Origin: Cyanophora paradoxa CCMP329 | Taxonomy: Eukaryota > Plantae > Glaucophyta | Assembly (NCBI GenBank): GCA_004431415.1 | Contig: QPMI01000015.1 | Coordinates: forward strand, 372,001 to 436,000 | DNA: 64,000 nt | Direction of reading: 5' to 3' | In this document: positions 49,624 to 60,999 of the stretch, one piece after another | Layout of the letters: each line of letters starts with the position of its first letter | How positions within the stretch are numbered: the first letter of the stretch is position 1 | Notes under the pieces: model-generated | The model's database searches: none | What the model saw: only the letters and a program-made list of their open reading frames with translations | What the model was told of the DNA's origin: nothing | Made by a program: the position numbers and the translations under genes

Positions 49624-50359
49624 GCGCCTCCAGCCGCTCGCGCGGCATGCTGTCATGCGCCGGGCTCGAGGCGCAAGCGGCTGGGCTGGGCTCGCTGACA
49701 TCGCCGATCCCTCCGCGAGCACAGCCCGATGCAGCGCGATCGCTCTCTAGAGCTTCGCTGCGCGGGCTAGCCCGGCCGCATGGTTCGCGCCGCCAGTTCA
49801 TTCTGGGGCGCCTCCCGCATCGCTGGCGACCTCATCTTTGCTGCCGCGCGTCGTGTACGCGCGCGCTGACTTTTTGCAGCTTGGGGGGCGAGCCGTGCGG
49901 GGGTACAGAGGTGCTGAGCGTTAAGCGAGCGGCAAGCTGGAGGCGTGTCTCCCACGCTGCTTCGGCAGCGGGCCAGCCCGCAGCTGCTGCTGCGGGTGTT
50001 GCGCCATCGAAAGCTCCGCGAAGAAGCAGGCCACGGCCGGCGCGGGCGACGGGGACGATGGAAGGCCGAAGCCGAGGCCGGCAAACGCCGCCGGTGCGCT
50101 CGGATGCGTGCGGGAGCGCGCCGCGCGGGGCCTAGCTACCGTGGGCGCTTGGCACGCCATCGGATCCCAGGAGGCCGAAATGCCCGCCGCACCGGCCGGG
50201 CCCGGCGCAGCTATGCAAAGCGCCCTCACATGTGTAGAACGCGCTTCGTATAGTCGGACGCGGCCCCGGCGCTCCCCGGGCCGCCAACTGACCCTGCGAC
50301 CCGACGCAGCGCGGGCGGGCGGCGAGGGAGCGGACGGTTCGAAGCGCGCGCGGTGCAGG

Positions 50360-53300
50360 ATGAGCATGGACGACTACGTGGCGACGCGGGGCGGCTCGCC
50401 GTGGGCCCCGGCGGGCCGGGGCGGGCCGCCGCTGCCGGGCGATGAGGAGGGCCCGCCCGAGGACCCGGAGAGGGTCGCCGAGCGCCACGCGCAAGTCTTC
50501 CGCCTCTTCCTGAAGATGCAGGGCATCTCCGAGGGCCGCGCCTCCCCGCCCGGCGCGGGCCCGGCGCCCCCCTCCGGCGCGGAGAAAGCGGCGGGGGCGC
50601 CGACCGCGCAGGGAGCGGCCGCCATGCTGCCGGTCGACGCCGCCGCTCGGAAAGCCGTCGCGGCGTCCATCGCGGCGGGTAGCGGCGCGGCGCTGCCGCC
50701 GTCTGCGCGGCCGGCGTGCGCGCCGATGACCTCCGGGAGGCGCGATGCGCTGGGGCCCCAGCCCCGCGTCGTCCGCGTCTTCGTCTCGTCGGCGGGCCTG
50801 GGACTGCAGGCCGAGCGCGAGGCGCTGCGCGCGGCCGCGCTGCCGCGCCTGCGGGCCCTCTGCGACGCCCGCGGCCTGTTCCTCCACTACGTCGAGCCGG
50901 GGCACGCCCGCTGGGGCCCCGACAGGGACGAGGCCTGCGCGGCCGGCGACGGCCTCCTCCTCTCCCTCCGGGAGGCCCAGCGCGCCTCGTACTTCCTCTT
51001 CCTCGCCAAGGACCGCTACGGTGAGAACGCCGTCGGGCCCCGCCCGGATTAGAACCCTCCGGCGACTCGGGCCGCGCAGGGTGGTCGGCGGAGGACGCGG
51101 GGGCGGGGGAGAGCTTCCGCCGGAACGCGGCGCGGGCGGCCGAGGAGCACTCGTGGGCCGCCGGCCTGCGGGACCGCTCGGCCCCCGAGCTCGAGGTCCG
51201 CGCCGCCGCCCTCCGGGACCCCCAGGCGAGCTTTTGTGTACCCGTACCTCCCCGTCGCTGTTCCTTCCGTTCTAAAAATAGACCGCAGGCGGCGCGGGGC
51301 CGGTCGGCGTTCTTCTTCGGGTCGGTTGAGGCGCTGCGTGACGCGGCGCGGGCGGAGGGGCGCGAGGCCGCCCGCCCCGCCCGCCTCCTCGAGGGCCTCA
51401 AGCGCGAGGTACCCCCCTTGGTTGTTAGGCGCCCGTACCCCCCGCCCACGCCCGATCCGACCCGGAAATCAGATCCGCGACGCGGGGCTGGACGTGCGGG
51501 AGTTCGGTACCCCCGCGGAGCTCGCCGCCGCCGCCTCCGACGCACTCGTGGCCGTGCGCCCGTACCCCCCTTTCCCTCACCACCTGCCCCTTCTGAGCTC
51601 GCCATCAGATGCTGGAGAGGGACTACCCCGAGGCGCGTGAGCCCACGTGGCTCGAATCCGAGGTGCCTTACCCCCCTCCCCCGTCTCCCCCCCCCCCTTA
51701 AACCGGTCCCGCAGCGGATGGAGCACGCGGCGTTCGCAGCTTCCCGCCGCCGCGTCTACGCGCAGGACCCGCAGGATTTCAAGTAGCCCCCCCTTCCCCC
51801 CCCCTCCCCCACCCCAACCCACCCCCACCCCGCCCCCTACCTTCAGACCCCCACCCCCAGCACCCTTTCGCCCCCCGGCCTCTTAGCGTCGGGGCGCAGG
51901 GCGCTCGGGAGGTACGTTTCGGGATCGGGACCTGAACCCTTCACCGTGTATGGCCCCGCCGGCTGCGGCAAGACAGGTGGGACCTCGACAAGCACCCACT
52001 CGCGTACCCCCCTTCCCGCAAGAGCTCACCGTACCCCCGCAGCGCTTATGGCTGCGTTCGCGGCGGAGTGGAGCAGGGAGCAGCCCGCGGACGTCGTCGT
52101 ACCCCACTTCGCCGCCTGCACGCAGGCGCGAACGCCTACCCCCCACATTCCCCCTACCCCCCTCTTCTCAGGCGCCTTCGTCCGCAGGCGACGTCTTCGT
52201 TCGCGAGCTTCGCGCGGCGGGTGGCGGAGGAGCTGCGGGGGGCGTGGCCGGCGGGGCCCGAGGTGGACGCCAACGGGCCGGAGGCAGAGGTCGCGCGGCA
52301 GCTGCGGGCGGCGCTGGCGCGAGCCGCGCACGAGTCGCCTGCTCGGCTCGTCCTCCTCCTCGACGCCGCCGACCAGCTCAAGTGCCTTACTATTCCGTCC
52401 ATCCCGTCGCCTTTCTTTCTGAAGGGGCGCTCAGGGGCGGGGGGGCGGCGAAGGGCCTGCAGTGGCTGCCGCCCTGCGGGCCGCGGCTGCGCGTGCTCCT
52501 CTCGTGCCCGCGGGGCGCCACCTTCGAGGCCGCACGCTCCCGCGCCGGGCCCTCCTTCAGTGCGTTCCATAGAACTTGACCCTGGGCACGGGATCTCGAT
52601 CTCCAGCCCTCCTCGCCCTCTTTCTGAGCCCCGGGGGGCAGCGCGGGAGCTGGGGACCCTCTCGGAGCGGCGGCGCCGCGCCGTCATCGCCACACTCCTC
52701 GCCGACCAGGGCCCGCCCCGCCCCTCCCCCCTCCACCCTTAATGCATCTGAGGGGCCGCGGGCAGGGCGGACGCTGAGCGAGGAGTGCATGGACCGCCTC
52801 GTGTGGGCACCCCCTGCCAAGAACCCCGTGCGCGCGTGCTGGGCTCATCAGATGCTCTAGAAGGTTCTCCGAGGCTCGCTGCTGACGCCTGCCCGCGCAG
52901 GCCTTCCTGGCGGCGCTGGTGGAGGAGGTGTGCGCGTACGGGCCCCCGGGGGCCGCCCTCGACGTCGACCTGGCGCCCCTCCTCGCCGCCGGCGACCCCC
53001 GCTCCCTCTACGTGCGCCGCTCGCCGCCCCGCCCCGCCGCCCCGTCCGCTCTTAGGGCCCGTCCGCCGTCTAGCCTGACGTCTAGCTGCTTCTTGACCTC
53101 GCCCGCTGCTCCTTAATCTCCACCTTCTTCTTCCGTCTCCATCTTCTTACGTCCCCGCCCCCCCTTCGCAGGGCCTGCTGCTGCGGGGGGCGGCGGCGCG
53201 GCAGGCGCCCTTCCCCCTCGCCGAGGCCGCCCTGGCCCTCGTCTGCTCCCGCAACGGCCTCGCCGAGGAGGAGCTCGCCGCCTTTTTGGGCGTGGGCGGC

Positions 53301-55184
53301 CCGGGGGGGCCCTCCCCGCGCGCCTTTGCGGTCGCCCTCTCGGACCTCGCGCCCCTCCTCGCCAACCGCGGTGCTTTAATTTCTCCCTCTCTTCATTCGA
53401 CCTTGGCTCGCTCTTCTTCTTCTGATCCGCGGAGCAGCGGGTCTCCTGACGTTTGCGCACCGGCCGGCGGCGGAGGCGGCGGCGCGCGAGTTCGGCCTGG
53501 GCGAGCCGCAGCGGGTCGCGCTGCAGGGCCGCCTCGGGTCCTTCTTCGCCTCGCGGCCGCCCTCGCAGCGGCGCGCCGACGAGGGGCCCTGGTGCCTCGC
53601 CTCGCTGCGGGCGGGGCCCTCGGCCGCCCTGGCCGACCTCCTCGGGGACCCCGACGTCCTTCGCCGCCTCGACGTCTACGACCTCTCGGCGCTCTGGTTC
53701 CTCTCCGAGCGCGCCCCCGAGGCCGGCACGCGCTACAAGGCCGCCCTGCCCCCCGGCTCCGGCTCGGCCCTCCTCTCCAAGGCCGCCGCCGTCGTCCGCG
53801 TGCGCCTCTGTTCCTATCTTCCCCTCTCGGCCTTCAACCTAAAGGGACCCCGGCAGGGTCTGAACCGGGTGACGGAGGCGATCGCGCTCTACGAGGACGC
53901 CCTCCGCGAGCAGGTTCGAACCCGCCGGGGCCCACTTTGCCGCCTCTCGCGAACTCTGTTCTCTCCTCTCCTCTCCTCTCCTCCCCTCTCCTCCCCTCCT
54001 CCCCTCTCCTCTCCTCCCCTCTCATCTGATCCGCCCTCCAGGGGCGGGAGGCGGGGGCCGGCCACCCGGAGACGGCGGCGACGCTGCAAGCGCTGGCCTC
54101 GCTGCAGGTCCCCCCCCCCCTCCCCCTCTCTTCTTAAACCTCGGTTCTGACCCGCCTTCACTCAGGAGCGGCGGGGGGACCTCTCGATGGCGCGCTCGCT
54201 GCTGGAGGAGGCCGCCCGCATGCGCGCCGCCGCCCTCGGGTCCGCCCCGTGCTTGGGGCCTCGGTGGGACTTAATGATTTAGAGCTGCGGATTATGCCGC
54301 CCCCGCGCCCCCGCCCGCGCAGGCCGGACCACGTGGAGGTGGCGGAGGCGGGCGCCGCCCTCGCCGCCCTCGCCCTCAAGCAGGGCGACCTCGCTCCCGC
54401 CGTGCCCCTCCTCGAGGCGGCCGCGCGCATCCGGCGGGCCGCCTGGGGGCCCGACGATCCCCGCCTCGCATCCACCCTCCAGGCGCCCCTTTCTTTTTAG
54501 GACTGCGTTGTTGTGCAGTGCAGTACTTATTCTTCTTCTTCCGCAGAGCCTGGCGCACGTGCAGTGCCTGCTGGGGCGCCACTCGGAGGCGCTGCCGCAC
54601 CTCGTGGAGGCCCTCGCGATCCTCCGGCGGGTCCCCGGCGGAGCGGCCGCGGAGGCCGCCGCCGCCTCGCACGCGCTCGGGCGGGCCCTCCTCGCGGCGC
54701 GGCAGCCGGCCGAGGCGCGCCCCTTCCTTGAGCAGGCGCTGGCGGCGCGGCGGGGCCTCCTCGGCAGCGCGCACGCCGACACGGCGGCCACGGCCGCCGC
54801 GCTCGCCGGGCCCTCCGCGCCCTGGGCGACCTGCCGGGGGCCGCTCTGCTCTTCGAGGAGGCGTGGCTCATGCGGCGCAAGGCGAGCGGCGCGGCGCACG
54901 CGGCGGCGGCGGCCGCCGCCGCCCGCGAGTTCGCCGAGGTCCTCAGCGAGCAGAAGGACCTGGAGGGCGCCCGGGCGGTCCTCGAGATCTCCCTCGAGGC
55001 GGCCGAGTCCGAGCTGGGCCAGGGCCACCCGGAGGCCAAGGCGGCGCGGGACGCACTCGCCGACATCTTGAGGGTCCAGCTGCAGGGCGTCCTGGGCGCC
55101 AACGCGCCCCCGGCCTGGCGCGCGGGGCCCCGCAGCGGCGCCCCCGCCCTCCTCCAGCTCCCCATCGACGCCGCCTCCCCTTAA
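50360..55184 (+). CDS. DUF4062 + NACHT/STAND NTPase + TPR protein (NPHP3/TTC41/TEP1-like)
   Basis: VRVFVSS..AEREAL..LPRLRALC..RWG..DRYG|W, SAPELEV; Walker A VYGPAGCGKT|AL; Walker B LVLLLDAADQL; LQWLP; C-terminal kinesin-light-chain-type TPRs (GPDDPRLA, GSAHADTA, GQGHPEA). Start uncertain. Confidence 0.8.
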
Positions 55185-55638
55185 CAATCTTTACGCAAGC
55201 CTACTTACCTCGTCCGACGGTCTAAAAATCGCGGATCGGATCTTTATAACAGTACACTTGACTAAAAAAATCCGCGTATCGGATCTGTCTCATCTTATCT
55301 ATACAATCTGTATCATAGTAGTGTTCATTCTGCATATCCTACTTCCAAGGCTTTCTCTCTTTTCCGTGACTAGAATTACGGTGTACGTATGTGAGTTCGA
55401 TATATTATCTATCTGTCATCCGGTCCGTATCTGAATTAGAGCTCGTCAGCTTCGGTAGTGGATATCGATACTGTTCGATTCCGCGCCCGACGCGTAATTA
55501 AACGATATGTATTCATGAATTCGAAACTTTCAAGTTCCCGTCCAAGCAAGCTGATCATGAAGCGATTTGGCAAATGCAGGTTACAGGGGCGGAAACGCTG
55601 CAAACCTCGAGCTAATCTAACTAGCACTACAGCTATAG

Positions 55639-57804
55639 CTAGTCCCAGGCAGAGCCAGCGCCGGAGCCGATGTCGGCGCCGGCGCCGCCCCCGAACAGCG
55701 CCTCGACACTCGCCGCCTGTAAAACATATGTAAGCAAAGATCTAGAAGTGCGAAGGAATGCAGCGGGATCGATTCGCACGCGCCTGGGGCCTGCGGGGCT
55801 TGACCTCGATCACGACGCCCTCGCCCTTGGCCCGCCCCTTCTTCGCCGCCGGCGCCGCCGCCCCCGCCTCGGCCCCCGCCTCCGCCTCCCCCTCCGCCGC
55901 GCGCTTCCCCTTCCCCTTTGGCTTGCCCGCAGCGGACCCGCCCGCCGCTCCTGCTTCTCCATCGGCCGCCGCCGCCGCCGCCGCCGCCTGCTTGCCCGCC
56001 TTCGCCGCGCCTCCCGCAGCTGCCGCCGCCGCTGGCGCCGGCTGCTGAGCCTTTTCCCGCGGGGGCTTCTGCTTCGTCTGCTTCCCGCCCGCCGCGCCCC
56101 CATCTTCGGCCGCCGCCGCCGACGCCGCCGCCGCCGCTGGTTGCTTCTTGCCGGGCTTGCCGCCGGCCGCTAGCGCTCCTCCGCCCTTTGCCGGTGCCGC
56201 CGGCGCCGCCGCCGCCGCTTGTTGCTTCTTGCCGGGCTTGCCGCTCGCCGCCGCCTGCTTCCCGCTGCTGCTGCTCGGCGGCCGCCCCTCCGCCTGCGCC
56301 TCTGCCGACGCCGCCGCCGCCGCCACCGCTGTCTTCTTTCCCTTCTGCTTCTTCGCCCCGCCGGCCTCTCCTTCTTCCTCTTCCTGCGCCTTCCGTTGAG
56401 GGGGCTTCACGCCCTGCCGCTTGGCTGGCCGCTCGTCCCCGCCGCCGCCGCCCGTCACCGCCGCCGCCGCGCCCTTTCGCTTCCGCTGCGCCGGCGCCTC
56501 CTCCGCCCCGCTGCCCTCCGCCCCGCTCGCCTCCTCGCCGCCGCTGCCCTCGCCGCCCGCCCGCAAAGGCGGCTTGGCCACCCCCACCGCGATCCTGCGC
56601 GTGTCTCAGCCGAGCGGCCCTCGCCTGAACCCCGGCGAACGAAGCGAGCGGGCGCACCGGTAGGCCAGGCGCTTCTGGACAAACTCCTTGTGCTCCTCCA
56701 TCGGCTTGCCGTCCAGGACCTTGACCGAGGGGCACAGGGCGCGGATGTGGTCCCTGTACCCCGGCTTCTCGCACACCGCGTTCCCCGCCAGGTTCAAGTT
56801 CTTGACGCTCTTCAGCGCGCCGAGGCCAGCGAGGTCCGTGAACTCTTTGATGACGTTGTGGCCCAGGTCCAGGACCTGGGGGGTACCGGGTTCAGAGAGC
56901 CTTGTGGGAGAGGGGGGTACGCGATGCGGACCTTGAGCTTCGTGTTGACCTCCAGCGTGCGGGGTATGCTCATGATCTTGTTGTAGCTCAGCTGCGTTCG
57001 GAGGGGGCGCGTTAGAGGGGGGTACAGCGAAAAAGGGGTGGCGAGGGGGTACCCGCAGCTCGGCGAGCTCGATGTTGTTCTTGAGGGAGGGGGGGATGTT
57101 GCGGATGTTGTTGTGCGATAGCGAGAGCTTCTTGAGCTGCCCCAGCCTGCTGATCCCCTCTATGGAGGAGAGCTTGTTCGAGGAGAGAACTGTCGGACTG
57201 TCAGCGGCGCGGGCCGGCACTGCGGGCAGGCGGTGGCGCACCGAGCGTGTTGAGCTTCTCCATCTTCTCGAGGCCGTTGATGACTCCGATCTGGTTGTCA
57301 TTGAGCACGAGCGCCTTGAGTTCTGTCAGGTTCACGATGCCGCCCATGCTCGTTATCTCGTTCTTGCTCGCGTTCAGCACTGCGCGCGGGGTGCGGGCCG
57401 GTTCGAGTTGCTCGGGGCTTGCGAGCGCGGAGCGGGGGAAGCAGAGGCGCCGCCGCGCGCACCGGAGAGCTTCTTGAGCTTCTCGAGGCCGCGCAGGCTG
57501 TCGAGCTTGTTGCCGGCGAGCGAAAGCCACGTCAGCTCGTCGTTGTAAGTGAAGCCCTGCGCAGCGTCTGAGCTCCGGCATGACCGCACGCGCGCGGGGC
57601 GCCTCCCCCGCTCGCGGCCGGGCGCGGGCGGACCTCGATTGCGGTGAGCTTGTTGTTGGAGAGATCCAGCTTGCGCAGGGAGGCGAAGTTCTCGAGATCG
57701 TCGATGGAATCGAACCCGTGGCCAGAGAGCACGAGCGACTTGACCTCGGAGACGTGCTGGCCGGGCGCTTGGCCCGACGCGATCGCCGCAGTGAGGCGGG
57801 GCAT
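55639..57804 (-). CDS. SDS22-like leucine-rich repeat protein with LRR cap and a Lys/Ala-rich C-terminal region ending WD*
   Basis: LRKLDLSNNKL, LSLAGNKL, LVLNDNQI, LSLSHNNI, LDLGHNVI, LNLAGNAVC..YR..LCPSVKVLDG; terminal exon ..GSGAGSAWD*. Confidence 0.85.
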
Positions 57805-58163
57805 CTCGCTGGGTGCGGCGATGCTAGGATTCGGGTGCTGCGCTTAGCTGCGGCCAATGTACGCTGCGGGCGCTGCCCCGCTGGAAGGTTCGAGCGACGG
57901 CGCCGCGAGGACCACGAAGAGCGGTGCTATCGGTCTTGCTTCTGGGATGCTAGCACGGGCTGTACAGCGCTCGCACGCAGACGCAGCAGGCGTGGAGCTT
58001 GCTGACTCGCTGAGTGTCCGGTACCCCGTTCGCCGAGCAAAGGTCGATTCAACGGACGCCTGCGCGGCAGCAACATCGCTCTTCCGACCGTCTATTCGCC
58101 CCGGAGCGCGCGTCTAAGCCGATCAACGAAGGAGCACCCTAGCGAGCGGAGACACGCGCAGCC

Positions 58164-59308
58164 ATGTTCACGGGCCTAGTCGAGGAGATGGGGAAAGTGA
58201 AGTCGTTGTACGAGAAGGACGGCGGCTGGATCTTGACGATCGAGGTGCGCGCATTCGGCCAGCGGCGCAGCCGGCGGCGAAGCGTGCGCCGTCGTCCCTC
58301 GCACGCGCGCTGAGGCGCTCTTTCGCGCAGTGCTCCGTCGTGCTCGAGGGCGTCAAGCTCGGCGACAGCATTGCGGTCAACGGCACCTGTCTGACCGTGA
58401 CGACATTCGTTCCGAAGAAGGAATTCACGGTGCGCGCGTGCCTTCGGGGCGGCTCTGGCGTCGCCGCCCGTTCGAGCGCCGCTGGAAGGTCGGAATGAGC
58501 CCGGAGACGATGCGGCGGACGTGCCTCGGGGACCTGAAGGTCGGCGACGCGGTGAACCTCGAGCGCTCCATGGCGGCCGACAGCAAGTTCGGCGGGCACT
58601 TCGTCCAGGCTCGCCTCCGCGCTTTCGCGCCCCGCGGCGGTCGCGCCTGACACGCGCGCCCTCGTCTCGCGCAGGGGCACGTGGACGGCACTGGCACGAT
58701 CGTCAACTTCCGCAAGGACGGCGACTCTCTGTGGGTCACCGTGCGCGTCAGCGACCACAGGCTTCTCAAGCTCATCGTACCCAAGGCATTCTTCCCCTCC
58801 CCCCGCTCCCCCCAGCCGCGCTGCCCCCTGATCGCCCGTCCCCCCCCCCCCCTCCGCCTTCAGGGGTACGTCGCGGTGGACGGCACGAGCCTCACGGTCT
58901 GCGAGGTCGGTCCGGACTTCTTCTCGTTCATGCTGGCGCGCCCGTACCCCCCCCCCTTCCGTCCCCGCCCCCCGCCCCCTCGAAAGCCTGATTCCCCCCC
59001 CCCTCCTCTCTTCAGGTGGCCTACACGCAGAAGAAGATCATCATACCCCTCAAGAAGGTCGGCCAGCGCGTGAACCTCGAGGCCGACGTCGTCGGTACGT
59101 CGTCCTTCGCCCCCCCCCCCCCCCCCAACGCCCGACCTGTACCCCTGACCCCCCCCCCCAAAAAAAAGGGAAGTACATCCAGCGGTCGCTGGACGCGCAG
59201 CAGCGGGCGGCGGGCGGCTCCGACGGGTTTTCCCTCCTCAAGACCGCGCTCGTCTCCCTCGCCGCCGCCGCCGCCTTCCACTATGCCGCCAGGCGCTACG
59301 GCCTGTAG
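58164..59308 (+). CDS. RIB5: Riboflavin synthase (alpha-chain type), 7 exons
   Basis: MFTGLVEEMG, GDSIAVNGTCLTV, VNLERS..FGGHFVQ|GHVDG, K|GYVAVDGTSLTV, VNLEADVVG|KY. Introns 58245-58330, 58430-58488, 58609-58674, 58786-58863, 58936-59015, 59095-59168. Confidence 0.96.
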
Positions 59309-59659
59309 CCCTGTACCCCCCCACGGCTCCACGGCCCCGCTAGGCTAGATCAGCATCGCCCCCACTTTCAATAGCCGCCACGCCCTAGCTATAGCTGCAG
59401 ATCAGGTCTTCTTCATGCTTTCGAATCCTACCAGCCGTAACGCGTCTCCTCCAGCCGCCCCGCCCGGCTCTGGATCTGCCGGCCGCGGCGCCCTGCCTAG
59501 ATCCCGGTGTCCTTTTGGCTCCTGCTGCCCCTTCTACCCTTCCACCGTCCTCGGTCCCGGTCGCTGAGTCGCGCTCGGCCCGCCAGGCCCCGGAAGACAA
59601 TAGACGGACATCCCCATCTTGAGCGCCCGGCCAGGACAGATCGAGAACCTACCCGGGAC

Positions 59660-59890
59660 CTGTTTCTCCTGCCCACTGCCCTAGCCTGCGTTCGAGCTAG
59701 CTCCCCCCACGCTGGGATCCGCTCGCCGAGGCCTAGGCGCGCTCGGCCGCCATGGAAGGCAGTTGAGGGACGTACACCCCGATCTACACATGTACAGATC
59801 CTACCCTGCACCTGACGCCAATTCTCCTGCCCACTGCTCTAGCCTGCGCTCGATCTAGCTAGCTCGCCACCCCCACGCCGGGATCTCGCC
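59660..59890. repeat. Degenerate direct repeat (about 55-60 bp x2)
   Basis: tctcctgcccactgc.ctagcctgcg.tcga..tagctc..c.cccacgc.gggatc at ~59665 and ~59823. Confidence 0.65.
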
Positions 59891-59899
59891 CTGCCCCTG

Positions 59900-60255
59900 C
59901 GCGAGGGCCCAGGCCCCGTGTCCAGCTCCTCCTGGGGGAGGCGGGGCAGGGCCGCGGGGCGCCCGCCCGGGAGCACCCGCGCGGCTGCGGCCAGGCCGGC
60001 GAGGACGCCCCGGACGCAGGGGCCGGCGGCCTCGGCCTGGGCGGCCTCGGTACCCCCCCGACCTCGAGGGAGGCGGGGAGGCCGCCGGGGCGGTCGCGGT
60101 CGGCGGCGAGGGCGGCGGAGGCCGCGAAGTCGCAGGCGTAGGCCGCGACCTCGAGGCCGCCGGGGCGGGCGGGGAGCGCGAGGGCGTCGTGCGCGAAGAG
60201 GCCGACGGAGGCGTACGCCGTGTACCGCGCGAGGCGGGGCGCCGCGCCGCGATAT
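59900..60255 (-). pseudogene. Orphan GC-rich exon-like fragment
   Basis: Coding-like RLARYTAYASVGLFAHDALAL..ASLE followed by a GT donor; no credible start or downstream exons. Confidence 0.35.
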
Positions 60256-60591
60256 AGTGCTGTGCCCCTCCCCAGCGCCCGTATACACACCGCTCCCTTG
60301 CTGAAGTAGGCTCAGCGGGCTCACGAGGACCTCCCCCTCGATCGCCGTCGTCGACGCCGGCGCCAGCGCCGGGAAAGCGAGTTGCGTGGCCTGCCGCCGG
60401 CTGAGGAAGGTAGAGGGCGGCAAGGCCTGGGGAGGCTGGGGAGGCGCACGGTTTGCCAGCGGCCCCACCGCGGGTGCTCGGCGGTGCTCCACGCGATGGG
60501 ACTTGGGGTTCGCGATCTCTCCGCTGTAGATCTCTCTCTCCCCGCGAATGATCAAAGCTTGGTGCGAAGTGTGCTAGGCGCGGGAGCCGCT

Positions 60592-60660
60592 GAGCGGGCG
60601 GCCTCGAAGGTGGCGCCCCGCGGGCACGAGAGGAGCACGCGCAGCCGCGGCCCGCAGGGC
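60592..60660 (-). repeat. Inverted 69-bp copy of an exon segment of the NACHT-TPR gene (52471-52539)
   Basis: Reverse complement matches at 68/69 positions by manual alignment. Confidence 0.9.
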
Positions 60661-60999
60661 CGCGAGACGTGTTACCTCAATATATTTTAAGACTTGGGGT
60701 TCGCATGCTTGCTCAAAATTAAATATTTTAACATTTGACGGGACTTGCACAAGCTAGAGCTATAGCTGCGAGCTACAGCTCACTCTGAAGCTGCTCCCTG
60801 AACTTCGGAACATGGGTTGCTTCCCATGGTCCGGCGCTGCCGTTGACGCTTAGCTATAGCTATAGGGCTCCGCAGACGGCATTAGCGATGTGGCATGCTG
60901 TAGCTATAGCGCTAGCTCTAGCGCCGTCCAATTCACTGCAGCGATAAAAGTAGCTGCTGGCTCGCGCCCACTGGCCGCGGCCGGCTGCGGCTTGAGCTC

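Noticed and set aside
54800-54815. Apparent frameshifts in coding exons (also ~24.0-24.5 kb, ~20180 and within the GT gene) suggesting programmed frameshifting or pseudogenes
   Set aside because: They fall in G/C homopolymers or GCC repeats of otherwise intact genes; long-read consensus indels are the simpler explanation.
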